Source: Scyliorhinus canicula
Taxonomy: Eukaryota
Direction of reading: 5' to 3'
NCBI RefSeq assembly: GCF_902713615.1
Contig: NC_052168.1
Span: forward strand, 4,340,001 to 4,404,000
DNA length: 64,000 bases
The notes under the pieces were generated by a model that saw only the letters and a program-made list of their open reading frames with translations, was not told the origin of the DNA and searched no databases. Of the stretch, positions 38,510 to 51,070 are shown one piece after another. How positions within the stretch are numbered: position 1 is the first letter of the stretch; every line of letters starts with the position of its first letter. The position numbers and the translations under genes were made by a program.

Positions 38510-38970
38510 GCAACCACATCTGGAGTATTGTGTCCAGATGGGGTCTCCTTATTTGAGGAAGGATGTGGCGGCATTGGAGGCAGTTCGGAGGAGGTTCACC
38601 AGATCGATTCCGGGGACGAAAGGATTGACTCACGGGGAGAAATTCAACAGTTTGGGCTCATACTCGCTGGAGTTTAGAAGGATTGAGAGGGGATCTGATC
38701 AAAGTATATAAAATACTAAAAGGGATTGATAAAGTAAATGTAGATCAAATGTTCCGAAATGTGGGCCAACCTAGAACAAGAGGTCACAGATATAGGTTGA
38801 GAGGCGGTAGATTTCGAACTGAGATGAGGAGAAACTACTACTTCTCAGAGGGATTTGTGGAAGTCGCCACTCCATAGTGCAGTGGAGGTAGGGAGGTGAC
38901 CTCGAGACCAGGAAGAGATCAACCACGACCTGATTGAATGACAGAGCACGCTCAAAGGGCTGAATGGGGT
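38510..38970 (+). mobile_element. CR1 LINE 3' fragment (degenerate)
   Basis: RGDLIKVYKILKG...RTRGHRYRLRGGRF. Confidence 0.85.
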
Positions 38971-39470
38971 CCTATGGACCTATCTAGTAATGTAGAAAGA
39001 GCAAGGCCTCAAATCCATGTAGTGCAAACTAGGTGAGGAAAGCGTGAACCATTCAGTGGGTGGATCAGATAGGTAGCTTAGTTCTCCCCCCTCCCAGTCC
39101 TCTCCCCAAGCAAGGTCAGGAACAGAGTGTGCCATTACCAACCAGGTTTTTAAGAAATACAAACCGACTTCAGGTATCTCATCTGTTTTTGATGGCTTTG
39201 GGAGCCCTCAAATCACCTGGAAACCACTTAGAACAAGCCAATTCCTCAAAAAAAAAACACACACATTAGGCTTATTGAGTCCAGCTCAGCAGGCTGGAGG
39301 TCAGAAGGGTACAGATGAAGTATTTTCTCTTGCCAAGCCATTATAGAACATGGATTATCCATTGCATTCACAGATCATGTCACAAAAGCTGATGTTTTTT
39401 TTATTCAGACAAAGAACTTTCCAGTGAGCAAACAAAACAAAACAAAAAAAAAATATCAAAAAGGTCTTAC

Positions 39471-39490
39471 CAGCCATCGTTTGTAATCAT
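39471..39490 (-). other. Candidate 20-nt micro-exon (phase 1 in, phase 0 out; xDYKRWL)
   Basis: cttttgtacag|ATGATTACAAACGATGGCTG|gtaaga; canonical splice sites, stop-free in the frame that continues into galectin exon 2. No transcript evidence available. Confidence 0.4.
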
Positions 39491-40084
39491 CTGTACAAAA
39501 GCTCTCATGAACGATTGTGATGATTATTAGGTATCATTTTTTTTTTTAAATTTAGAGTACCCAATTCATTTTTCCAAGGGGCAATTTAGCATGGCCAATC
39601 TACCTAACCTGCACATCTTTGGGTTGTTGGGGGCGAAATTCACGCAAACACGGGGAGAATGTGCAAACTCCACATGGACAGAGACCCAGAGCCGGGATCG
39701 AACCTGGGACCTCAGCGCCGTGAGGCAGCTGTGCTAACCCACTGCGTCACCGTGCTGGCCAGGTATCAGATTCTTAAGCTTGTTAAAAAGATCATGAATT
39801 TGTTTATTGACAACTATAATCATCTTTATTGGTGTCACAAGTAGGCTGACATTAACACTGCAATGAAGTTACTGTGAAAATCCCCTCGTCGCCACATTCC
39901 GGCGCCTGTTTGGGTACACGGAGGGAGAATTCAGAATGTCCAATTCACCAAACAGCACGTCTTTCGGGACTTGTGGGAGGAAACCGGAGCACCCGGGAGG
40001 AAACCCACGCAGACACAGGGAGAATGTGCAGACTCTGAACAGACAGTGACCCAAGCCGGGAATCGAACCTGGGACCCTGGAGTG

Positions 40085-40487
40085 TGATGTGTTAACTGCG
40101 CTGGTCTAACATCGGCTGCAACTGGATGCAGTAAAACGAGAAACAGGCTTCCGACACAAGAGATGGTCCAACACGGTTTTATTGAACCTGTTGATTGCTG
40201 TACATAATCTGCTGTGGGTTGACACTCTATGTACCTAACTGAACCTCCTACTGGCTTGACCACACTAGCTCTCTACCATATGGTGATGTTCATTGGCCTG
40301 TGCACTGTGACTATTTCCCTAGCTGTGTCCTGTGAGTGAGGGAGAGCCTTAGTGCCCTGTGGGCTTTATAGTGGTGGTGTCCTGTCTGATGATTGGTTGT
40401 TCTGAGTCGTGTGTGCTCATTGGTCATCCAATGTGTCAATCACTGCCTGTCTGCATCTCATCATATACATGAGTGGATATTATGACA
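40085..40487 (-). mobile_element. Solo LTR inserted into a SINE
   Basis: TG...CA ends, 5-bp TSD GAGTG (40080-40084 and 40488-40492); the SINE resumes after the TSD. Confidence 0.85.
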
Positions 40488-42680
40488 GAGTGGTGATGCA
40501 ATAGTGCTGACCACTGTGCTACCATGCTAATTCACCTAATAAGCAGGTCTTTTCTGGACTTGTGGGAGGAAACGGGAGCATCCGGAGGAAACCGACAATC
40601 GTAGACATAGAACATACAGTGCAGAAGGAGGCCATTCGGCCCAGCGAGTCTGCACCGACCCACTTAAGCCCTCTGCCACCCTATCCCCGTAACCCCTCCT
40701 AACCCTTTTGGTCACCAAGGACAATCGATCGTGGCCATTCCACCTAACCGGCACATCTTTGGGCTGTGGGAGGAAACCGGAGGAAACCCCCACAGACACT
40801 GGGAGAACGTGCAGAGTCTGCACAGACCGTTACCCAGCGGGGAATCGAACCTAGGACCCTGGTGCTGTGAAACTACAGCCACTTGTGCTACCATGCTGCC
40901 TAAATGAATATCTAAAAAAGGTTCTGAACTAGCCAATTACCAGCAAAGGGGTGGATTCACTTGCTTAGCAGGAGGGCAGTTGTCAGATCTCAATGTGGAT
41001 ACAGAAGTGGTATTCCAGCTCTTTGAATACTGATCACTTCCAATTCTCCCTCGTGATGAAGCTAACCTGGAGCAGGTTTTCTCCCCAACTTGGGAGAACC
41101 AGCTTCCCAATCCCAACTGGGCAAAACAGTGCTAAAGTTTAACAAAAATGCTGCTGTGATCCAATGCCTCACTGGAAAGTGCTAGAAAGTGCAATGCCAA
41201 GTCAGCTGTCATTGAGTCACACTCCTATCCGAGTCACTCAACAAGTCAGAAGGTTGATATTCCACATCAGAAACAAGTTCATACTGGTTAGTGGGTCACA
41301 AAGTTAAATTGTAATTGGAGAAGATGGGAGATAATACCTACTTCACAAGAGTAAAGATGCAATTTAATTTTAGCATTGTAGAATATATCCTAAAATCAGG
41401 GCCTAATGGATCTGGAGTGTTCATCATCAGAACCCACTCCCCTTCCCTCCCCCCCAAGAACCCATCAGCGAACAGATCTCAAAATTGGTTGGTTTCTCAC
41501 ATCAGTTGTCAGTTAATCACAGGCATCACACTCCTGACTTGTGCCTGGTAGATGGTGAACAGGATTTGGGGAGACAGGAGGAGAGTCAGGAGGGGAGTTA
41601 CTCCCCCCCCCCCCCCCCCCCCCCCCCCCGCCCGAGTTCCCAGCCTCTGACCTTGTAACCCACAGTGTAGTGCTTCTACACGTACATATGAATTAGGAGA
41701 AGTTAGCCGTGTGAAATTGGAGAAGTAGGTCTAGCCTGTTCCACCGTTCAATATGACGATAGCATTCCTACAGTGCAAAAGGAGGTCATTCAGCCCATCA
41801 AGTCTGCACTGACCTTCCAAAAAAAACACCACACCCACCCCACCCTTCGGACACCAAGGGGCAATTTAGCAATAGCCAATCCATCTAACATGTGCCAATC
41901 CTGCAAGTTATTAAAACAGAGTCCTGTCTGCCCTCTTCAGGCACAGACAAAGATAACCCCATAACACTACTTTGAAGCACAGCAGAGGCCCTCCCACAGT
42001 CAATATTTATTCCTCAATCAACATTACTAAAAACAGATTACCTGCTCCATTAGCTCAGTGATATATGCATGAGCTTACTGTGCAGATAAGAGCATTGCTA
42101 CAGAAATGCAAGATTTAAAAAGAAACTCTCTAGCAGATATGAAATGAAAAATGAAATGAAAATAAAAATCGCTTATTGTCACGAGTAGGCTTCAATGAAG
42201 TTACTGTGAAAAGCCCCTAGTCTCCACATTCCGGCACCTGTCCGGGGAGGCTGGTACGGGAATCGAACCGTGCTGCTGGCCTGCTTGGTAAGCCAGTGAT
42301 TTAGCCCAATGAGCTAAACTAGGACCTAAACCAGGTCATCAGGACCTTAAAAGGGTAAGATTTTAAAAGTTCTATAGAGAGCATCTTCAGGTGCAGTATA
42401 GTTGGAAAGAGTTCTGGCCTATTAGAGATTAGTTTGGAGGATGTTAAACCAACAACATTTTGGCTATAGCTGTCTCAATTTAGGAGATCTGTTTACTGGT
42501 GTGTTTTACACAAGGGACCAGTTACCAGAAAAGGCAAAAACCATCTTCAGCTGTAGGTTAAAGCCCTGATGAGAGGAGCATATCAATCAGCCAGCTTTAA
42601 AATCAGCTTTCAGTAGAACACTTCCCATTCCAATTCAAAATACCTCATTATTACTAACCCAGTGTTAGGTTAATACTCAC

Positions 42681-42689
42681 AGTCTTCAT
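42681..42689 (-). CDS. Prototype galectin (galectin-1/2-like), coding exon 1 (M-K-T)
   Basis: Minus strand reads GGGACA ATG AAG ACT|gtgagt: good Kozak context, 9-nt phase-0 first coding exon as in LGALS1, strong donor, in frame with exon 2. Confidence 0.75.
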
Positions 42690-42789
42690 TGTCCCTTGCT
42701 TGTGTGTTGTTTTTTTTTCTCTCTCTCTCTCCCAACCGTTTACAACCAACTTCCTAACAGAACATGTGAAGCAATTGCTACAACCACAG

Positions 42790-42926
42790 CCCTATATCTG
42801 CAGGATAGTTATCAGCTGTCATGTGACTGACCTCTAAGCTGGTCCAATCAATGCATGTACTCCCTATCTGCCCTCCCTCTGGAAACAACATCCAATCGGT
42901 TGCCAAGCACTTCATTACCTCCAATC
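42790..42926 (-). promoter_or_regulatory. Candidate galectin proximal promoter
   Basis: TATA-like GATATAGG on the minus strand about 105 bp upstream of the ATG, and three CCAAT motifs (plus strand about 42844, 42892, 42921) in repeat-free sequence. Confidence 0.45.
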
Positions 42927-43368
42927 AAAGGGTTGCAAGGAACTACTAGCACACAGAGTTTATTAACAAATCCATAATACAAAAGAACACAAAACAATCA
43001 GCTAAAAACATCCCCTATCCACCACAGACACAAACCAGTGAATCAACAAGAAAATAAAACCACCAGCTTTCAAGCCAGCACACCCCCACCCCCATCCAAC
43101 GGTACCTCCTGCCCCCACATCAGCAGAAAGGCACCCAAACGAGCAGCACAGACCACCGGAATGGAAGACACCGTGCAGGGCATGGCGGGAGGGAGAGGGA
43201 GAGAGAGAGAGAGAGAACACCCCCCCCCCCCTTTCCTAAGAGGGGGCACAATTCAACCCCCAATAAAACCCAGCCCAGTTACACAAAAAATTCAAGACAA
43301 AATATAGGGCGACCACAAAAAGCCAAAAATGAGATGCAAAGAAGGCAGAGCCACCAACACTCGAGCAT

Positions 43369-43678
43369 GGGCGGCACGGTAGCACAGTGGTTAGCTCTGT
43401 TGCTTCACATCGGCAAGAGACCCGGGTTCGATTCCCCGCTGAGTCACTGTCTGTGCGGAGTCTGCACGTTCTCCCCGTGTCTGCGTGGGTTTCCTCCGGG
43501 TGCTCCAGTTTCCTCCCACAGTCCAAAGTCGTGCTGTTAGGTGGATTGACCATTCTGAATTCTCCCTCCGTGTACCTGAACAGGCGCCGGAATGTGGCGA
43601 CTAGGGGATTTTCACAGTAACTTCATTGCAGTGTTAATGTAAGCCAACTTGTGACAATAATAAAGATTATTATTATTA
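43369..43678 (+). mobile_element. SINE with HE1-type head and alternative tail (representative)
   Basis: HE1-type head followed by aggcgccggaatgtggcgactagggg...cacagtaacttcattg and (TTA)n. Other copies at about 12460-12735, 39820-40530(-), 44270-44553(-), 52300-52600. Confidence 0.85.
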
Positions 43679-44644
43679 TAATTTAGCACATGCTCTCTTC
43701 CACCCCGCCCCCAACCTGGTTCCAGCAACAGCCCCACTTCAGTGGAAAAGCGCCCGCAAGTAACACAGTCCGCCGGTAAAAGGCAGGCGGAGCACAGCTG
43801 AGGAGAGAAGAGAGGGAACACCCTTCCCCCTCACCAGCACCGGGAAGGCCCCTGAACCTCCAGTGCACAGAAGCACGAGGGGCCGCAACCAGCAAGCACC
43901 CAGCTGCCAGGCACAAAAACAATAAGCAACAAGAATATAATCCGAAACGTACAATTCCCCGCCAGTGAGAAAAAGACCAACATCAGTGCAAAGAGTTACA
44001 CAGTCAATCGGACCGGCGCTCTGCCACTCCCACAGTACCATCATCCGGTCGTCGGACACCATCCAGCCCACAGCAGGTCCCACAGCGTCTGTGGAGAGAA
44101 CACAGAGCTAATGTTTCAAGTCAGGATGACTCTTGACAAAAAGACATCCAGACACAAAACATGAGCTCCCCTCTCTCTCCACATATAATATTCCGGATGT
44201 TGCTTGGGAAAGGGGCATTTCTCGAATGTGTGGGTGATATCTACCTGCGGGATTTATTTTTTCATAATCTTAATTATTGTCACAAATAAGCTTACATTAA
44301 CACTGCAAGGAAGTTACTGTGAAAAGCCCCTAGTCGCCACACTCCAGCGCCTGTTCGGGTACACGGAGGGAGAATTCCAAATGTCCAATTCACCTAACAG
44401 CACGTCTTTCGGGACTTGTGGGAGGAAACCGGAGCACCCGGAGGAAACCCACGCAGACACGGGGAGAACATGCAGACTCTGCACAGGCAGTGACCCAAGC
44501 CGGGAATCGAACCCGGGACCCTGGCGCTGAGAAGCAACAGTGCTAACCACTGTATAGGGTTATATAATATTGGATGTTATTTGGGAAAGGGGCATTTTCA
44601 TAGTTCAGGAATATAGATAACTGGGGACAGGGGTTAACTTCATG

Positions 44645-44679
<35 letters not shown>

Positions 44680-46209
44680 CGCCATTACCGTGGGCAGCAC
44701 GGTAGCACAGTGGTTAGCACAATTGCTTCACAGCGCCAGGGTCCCATGTTAGATTCCCAGCTTGGATCACTATCCGTGCAAAGTCTGCACGTTCTCCCCG
44801 TGACTGCGTGGGTTTCCTCCGGGTGCTCCGGTTTCCTCCCACAGTCCAAAAATGTGCAGGTTAGGTGGATTGGCCATGCTAAATTGCCCCTTAGTGTCCA
44901 AAATTGCCCTTAGTGTTGCGTGGGGTTGCTGGATTGTGGGGATGGGGTGGAGGTGTGGACTTTGGGTAGGGTGCTCCTTCCAAGAGCCGGTGCAGACTCG
45001 ATGGGCCGAATGGCCTCCTTCTGCACTGTAAATTCTATGATTCTATGATTATTGCTCGCTAGGGAGCACGCAGGGCTGGACAGCTGGTTTGTCATGCGGA
45101 GCGAGGCCATCAGCGTGGGTTCAATCCCCGTTACGGCTGAGGTTATCCATAAAGGCCCCGCCTTCTGAATCTTGCCCCCTCGCCTGAGGTGCCGTGACCC
45201 TCCGGTTAAATCACCACCAGTCAGCTCTCCCCCCTCTGTGGTCATCTGGGACTGTGGCGACTTTATCTATTTTTGACTTTAGTTAAGTGTATTATTGTGC
45301 TGTATTGTAGCCTCTCAGGCTATGTGTTTCTTTTAAGTTAATGAATATTCTTCACGGCTGGAGGAGGGAATGAAGGCGGAGTTTAGGAGTTTCTGTCACT
45401 GGCTGGATGCGTGCAGACGGTGAAAACGACGGTCCTGCCCGATTTCCTGTTCTTGTTCCAGAACCTCCCTATCTTTGTTCCCAAGTCCTTTTACAGGAAG
45501 GTAAACGGGATAATTTTGGGGTTTCTGCAGGCGGCGAAGACCCCACAGGTGAGGGGGGTGTTCTTGGAGAGGGGGTAAGGGGGGGGGGGGGGGGGGGCTG
45601 GCGGCACCAACTTTGATGACTTATTATTGGGCAGCAAACATCGCAATGGTGAGGAAATGAGCGGTGGAGGAGGGGTCGGTGTGGGGGCGGCTGGAGGCGG
45701 TGTCGTGTAGGGGGCGAGTTCGAGGGCCCTGTGGTTGGCGCCCCTTCCGTTCTCGCTGGTCAGGTACCCCATGAGGCCAGTGGTGGTTTCGGCGTTACGG
45801 GAGTGGAGCCAGTCTAGGCTGTATTTCGGGTCGGAGGACGCGTCGTTGTGGGCGCCGTCATGTGATAATCACAGGTTTGTGCCCGCCGGACTGGATGTGA
45901 GGTACCGGGGGTTGGTGGCTGGTGGGGATAGAGTACTTTAGGGACTTGTTTGTGGTAGGATAGTTTGTGTAACTGGAGGAGTTGGAGGAGATGTATGAGT
46001 TGCGAGGATAAGCTGGTTCTTTCCAGGGGTGGAGGATAGGTGTGGGTGGGGTGTGTGGGGGTCCCGCGAATCACGTCCACGATTTGGGTGTGTCCAAAGC
46101 TGAGGGAGTTCTTGCAGGGGGTTCTCGGATGTTGTGTCTGAGGTTCTGGGTGTGGGGGTGGCCCCGATATTTGGTGCGTCGGAAGACCCAGGAGTCCAGG
46201 TGGGGGGGA

Positions 46210-46845
46210 TTGGATTTGGATTTGTTTATTGTCACGTGTATCGAGGTACAGTAAAAAGTATTTTTCTGCGAGCAGCTCAACAGATCATTAAGTACATGAA
46301 AAGAAAAGGAAATTAAAGAAAATACATAATAGGGCAACACAAGGTACACAATTTACAGAATTTTTACAGAATTTACAGAGCAGAAGGAGGCCATTCGGCC
46401 CATCGAGTCTGCACCAGCTCTTGGAAAAAGCACCCTACCTAAGCCCACACCTCCACCCTATTCCCATGACCCAGTAACCCCACCCAACACTAAAGTCAAT
46501 TTTGGACACTCAGGGCAATTTAGCACGGTCAATCCACCTAACCTGCACATCTTTGGACAATGTAACTACATAACACCGGCATCGGGTGAAGCATACAGGG
46601 TGTAGTGTTAATGAGGTCAGTCCATAAGAGGGTCGTTTAGGAGTCTGGGAACAGTGGGGAAGAAGCTGTTTTTGAGTCTGTTCATGCATGTCCTCAGACT
46701 TTTGTATCTCCTGCCCGATGGAAGAATTTGGAAGAGTGAGTAAGCCGGGTGGGAGGGATCTTTGATTATGCTGCCCGCTTTCCCCAGGCAGCGGGAGGTG
46801 TAGATGGAGTCAATGGATGGGAGGCGGGTTTGTGTGATGGACTGA
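46210..46845 (-). mobile_element. Rex1/Babar-like LINE 3' end with nested SINE piece
   Basis: Minus strand encodes LPSGRRYKSLRT..NRLKNSFFP, the typical Rex1/Babar C-terminal motif, and ends in AATAAA plus (AAATCC)n. Confidence 0.7.
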
Positions 46846-47548
46846 GAGGCCGATGTATTGGCCTTTGCCTCCCTGATAGCCCGGAGACTGATTTTGTTAT
46901 GTTAGCGGGTCTCGGAGCCACCAATGGCAGGGATGTGGGTGAACAACCTGACAGAATTCCTGCCGCTTGAGAAGGTCAAGTTCGCTTTGCGGGGGTCAGA
47001 GGAGGGGTTCACCCGGAGGTGGAAACCGCTCATTAATTCCTTCAAGGTGGATTGAGGGATCAGCGACACATCAGTGGGGTTCTTAACAATGGGATGTGGG
47101 CATGTCCATCCCTAATTGCCCCTTGAGAAGGTGGGGGTGAGCTGTCTTCTTGAACCGCTGTGGTCCATGTGGTGTAGGTACACCCACAGTGCTGTTAGGG
47201 AGGGAATTCTGGGATTTTGACCCAATGGCAGCGAAGGAACGGCCGATATATTCCCGAGTCAGGATGGTGAGTGACTTGGAGGGGAACCTCCAGGTGGGGT
47301 GGTGATGTTCATTGGCTGCGCTTGTCCTTCTATGTCGTAGAGGTTGTGGGTTTTGAGAACTTCCACGATGGGTTGCTGCAATGCATCTTGTGTTATGTTG
47401 CACAATGCACGTCGCCGGGGGAGGGGGGTCAATGTTTAAACTGATGGATGTGGCGATGATCAAAGAACCACCCGGGTGACATCGAGCTTCTTCAGTGTTG
47501 TTGGAGCTACACACGTCCAGGCACGGGAGAGATGCTGGTTTTATTGTT

Positions 47549-47675
47549 GACGTGGAGATGTCGGCGTTGGACTGGGGTGAGCACAGTAAGAAGTCTTACA
47601 ACACCAGGTTAAAGTCCAACATGTTTGTTTCAAACACGAGCTTTCGGAGCACTGACTCCTTCCTCAGCTGAATGT
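47549..47675. mobile_element. Penelope-like remnant, second copy
   Basis: High similarity to 33838-33965. Confidence 0.6.
47635..47670 (-). ncRNA. Second minimal hammerhead motif copy (stem I mismatch)
   Basis: Minus strand CAG-CTGAGGA-A-GGAGT-CAGT-GCTCC-GAAA-GC-TC-GTG inside the same repeat family as 33838-34005. Confidence 0.55.
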
Positions 47676-47848
47676 TTTATTGTTGATCATGAATTTGATA
47701 AAGCCTTCAGGGCACTTGTGAAGACAATTCAGCCAACCTACATAACAGGACTATGCAATCCTTGAAAATATGCATACAATGCCGATAATGAGCTCCTTCA
47801 CTGTTCAAACTAAAACCCTCTAATCCCTCTAGCCACAGTCTCACTTAC

Positions 47849-47902
47849 CCGGTACAAAGTAATCCTTATCCTTTTCTCACCATTCAAAGAACAAACAGCC
47901 AT
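47849..47902 (-). other. Candidate alternative first exon for the galectin (MAVCSLNGEKRIRITLYR)
   Basis: ATG followed by 54 nt ending in phase 0 at a perfect GTAAGT donor; an internal GTGAGA donor after 47881 is phase 1. Confidence 0.25.
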
Positions 47903-48241
47903 CCGCAAATCTTTCTGAGTCAGAATCTCTGGCAGCACATTCCTGACTCGTACCCTGTAGACAGCGAGCAGATTTTGGGGAGACTGGGGGGTGAGTTACT
48001 CCCCACAGAATTCCCAGCCTCTGACCTGTTCCTGTAGCCACATTATTTATATACATGGGGGGGGGGTTACTGGTATAGGGTGGATACGTTGACTTGAGTG
48101 GGGTGATCATTGCTCGGCACAACATCAAGGGCCGAAGGGCCTGTTCTGTGCTGTACTGTTCTATGTATCTATAATATCTACCTATCACACGTTGAAGTCC
48201 GGTGTTAATAATCAATAATAATTTTTATTACTGTCACAACC

Positions 48242-48420
48242 AGGGGCTGGTTTAGCTCACTGGGCTAAATCGCTGGCTTTTAAAGCAGACCGAGCAGGCC
48301 AGCAGCACGGTTCGATTCCCGTACCAGCCTCCCCAGACAGGCGCTGGAATGTGGCGACTAGGGGCTTTTCACAGTAACTTCATTGAAGCCTACTCGTGAC
48401 GATAAAGCGATTTTCATTTC
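48242..48420 (+). mobile_element. Short tRNA-derived SINE with a different head (representative)
   Basis: GGGGCTGGTTTAGCTCA...GGTTCGATTCC head, the same aggcgccggaatgtggcgactagggg tail, and (TTTCA)n end. Other copies at about 4457-4645, 18840-18990, 30360-30518(-), 34362-34548(-), 42140-42318(-), 52928-53060(-). Confidence 0.85.
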
Positions 48421-48489
48421 AAGTAGGCTGACATTAACACTGCAATGAGGTTCCTGTGAAAATGAAATGAAAATCGCTTATTGTCACCT

Positions 48490-48900
48490 CTCCTCATAGC
48501 TAATGTCCTCCATACCAGACAACATCCAATTTTTATACCCACCCATGGCCGATGAAGGCAAGCATGCCGTACGCCTTCTTGACTACCTTCTCCACCTGCA
48601 TTGCCACTTAGTGACCTGTGGACCTCTACACCTAGATCCCTTTGCCTGTCAATACTCTGAGGGGTTCTGCCATTAACTGTATATTTCCCACTTGTATTAG
48701 ACCTTCCAAAATGCATTGCCTCACATTTGTCCAGATTAAACTCTATCTGCCATCTCTCCGCCCAAGTCTCCAAAAGATCTAAATCCTGCTGTATCCTTGG
48801 ACAGTCCTCATCGCTATCCGCAATTCCACCAACCTTTGTGTCGTCCGTAAACTTACTAATCAGACCAGTTACATTTTCCTCCAAATCATTTATATATACT
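48490..48900 (-). mobile_element. CR1 LINE RT fragment
   Basis: YINDLEENVTGLISKFTDDTKVGG...WAERWQIEFN. Confidence 0.88.
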
Positions 48901-50953
48901 ACGCTCACAATATCCCTCGTTTTCCAAGGTTACAAACCTCTTCCCTTTTTGTATAGGGGTCCGTCCAGTTTTCAGAATGCTCTCGGTCACTGTTGCTCAA
49001 GAGCCTCATGACTTGGGGCTTGACATCGTTAATTCGACATTGTTAATTCAGTGAGCATCATAAGGAGGACACTGCTGCCCAATTGTTGTTCTTATCAGGT
49101 CTTTGTTTAAATCATCTGGCTGATTACATTTGTTCCACATTAAGTAACTAGTCAGAAGATGTTTTGCTCCTCTCGGATGATCCTGTTAACACCGTAGGCA
49201 CAACCCTTCGAAGGTCAATCCTTAAGTCAGCTGCAGAATTGTCCATTGTCCCAAGAGGCTGTGGGACGGAGAGCTTAGTACTAGGACGTACCGCTACACT
49301 AACTCCATTTAAAAAATATTCAGGCTTCCACCACCTTCTTCTGAGGGAGTTCCAAACTTGCCCAAGTCGCAAAAAGGAAATACTTCTCATCTCTGTCCGA
49401 TACGGGTGACCCCTAATTTTAAAACATGCCCCCCCCAGTCCTGGACTCACCCACAAGAGGAAAACATCCTTCCTACGTCCACCTATAGGATTTACAGGGC
49501 CATTCAGCTCACAGAGTCTGCACTGGCCCTTGGAAAGGGTAACTTACTTAAGCCCACGCCTCCACCCTATCCCCGTAACCCAACCTAACCTTTTGGACAC
49601 TATGGAGCAATTGATCACGGCCAATCCACCTAACCTGCACATCTTTGGACTGTGGGAGGAAACCGGAGGAAACCCACGCAGACACGGGGTGAACGTGCGG
49701 ACTCCGCAGTCACCCAAGGCCGGAATTGAACCCTGGTGCCTGGCGCTGTGAGGCAGCAGTGCTAACCACTGTGCCACCCACCTTGTCAAGACCGTTCAGA
49801 ATCTCACATACTTCAAATTATCCCTCACTTTTTGCAATTCCCGTGGCAACGAAACCAATCAGTCAGTCCAACCTTCCATCCGGAAACAACCCACTCATTC
49901 CAGGGTGGCTGGTAACTTTCGTAAACCTCCTCTGAACCGTCCCCATTGAATTTGCACCCTTCCTTAAATAAGGAGACCAAAACAGTACTAAAGATGTGGC
50001 CTCACCAATACCCCATATAACTGAAGCATAAAATCCTCTCATTTCTGTTCAATGTCTCAGGTAATAAGGACAGCATTCCATTAGCCTTAATTACTTGTAT
50101 CTGCTCACTAACTTTGTGACTGATGCACTGCAACACCTCGGTCCCTCAAGATATCCTGGTGCTCAAGAATTCTACTGAAGTTCCTGGCAGTTTTTGTGCA
50201 AACTATTGCTGAGACTTGGGGAAGAACGTATGAAGAGAGGGGATCTTTTATTAGCTTGCCGGAGGGAACACAGTTGCACGGTGGTTAGCACTGCTGCCTC
50301 ACAGCGCCAGGGACCCGAGTTAGATTCCGAACTCGGGTGACTGTGTGCGGAGTTTCCACTTTCTCTCCGTGTTCGCGTGGGTTTCCTCCCAGACCACAGA
50401 TGTGCAGATTAGGTGGATTGGCCACGCTTTTGAGGTCCACCAACAAAGTAGAAGAAACAAATTTAGGGACAAAACAAGAAAGGGCCGCTCCTGTTAGGGA
50501 CACTGCCCAAACAGAACAAAGCTCAACAGAAACTTAAAAAACCTCAAATAAAAGAGTGCAATTAGAGTCAATAAAGCACCTCAATCCCTGTGGTGCCCAC
50601 CGGGCACGGAAGGCTAGGTGGATTGGCCATACTAAACTGCCCCTTAATGTCCAACGGTTAGGCGGAGTTGCCAGGATAGGGCTGGGCCGGCGTAGGGTGC
50701 TCTTTCAGAGAGTCGATAAAAACTCGATGGGCCGAGTTGCACCGTGGGGGTTTTATGGTTCTATGGAAATGACGGTCACTTTGTTGAATGGACTGGAAAG
50801 TGGAATAAATGCCAGCATGAGCTATGTTGGGCTGGAGGGCGAGTTTCTGCATCGTCAATACTGTATCCAGTTCACACTGTACCCGAGAATACTCAGTCCC
50901 AACACCGAGGAGCCAAAAAATAAACACAATTAGAGATCGACACTGGTCCTAAT

Positions 50954-50959
50954 TTTATT
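50954..50959 (-). terminator. AATAAA polyadenylation signal of ATP5MF
   Basis: AATAAA on the minus strand about 83 nt after the stop codon. Confidence 0.7.
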
Positions 50960-51041
50960 TTCCATGATTCAACTCAAACAACTCGTTTCTTTAGCATTCC
51001 ATAATTACAGCGAGCGGAATGATCTGGAATTCAGCAACAGT

Positions 51042-51070
51042 TCAGTGATACTTCCTCCAACGCTGGTGCT
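51042..51070 (-). CDS. ATP5MF: ATP synthase membrane subunit f, terminal exon 4 ((K)HQRWRKYH*)
   Basis: tctttctccacccccctccacacacag|AG CAC CAG CGT TGG AGG AAG TAT CAC TGA; conserved RKYH C-terminus, phase 1 fits exon 3. Confidence 0.94.

Noticed and set aside
39471-39477. ATG GCT G|gtaag as the galectin first exon
   Set aside because: Seven nt ends in phase 1, out of frame with phase-0 exon 2, and no alternative AG is nearby; reinterpreted as part of the 20-nt micro-exon.
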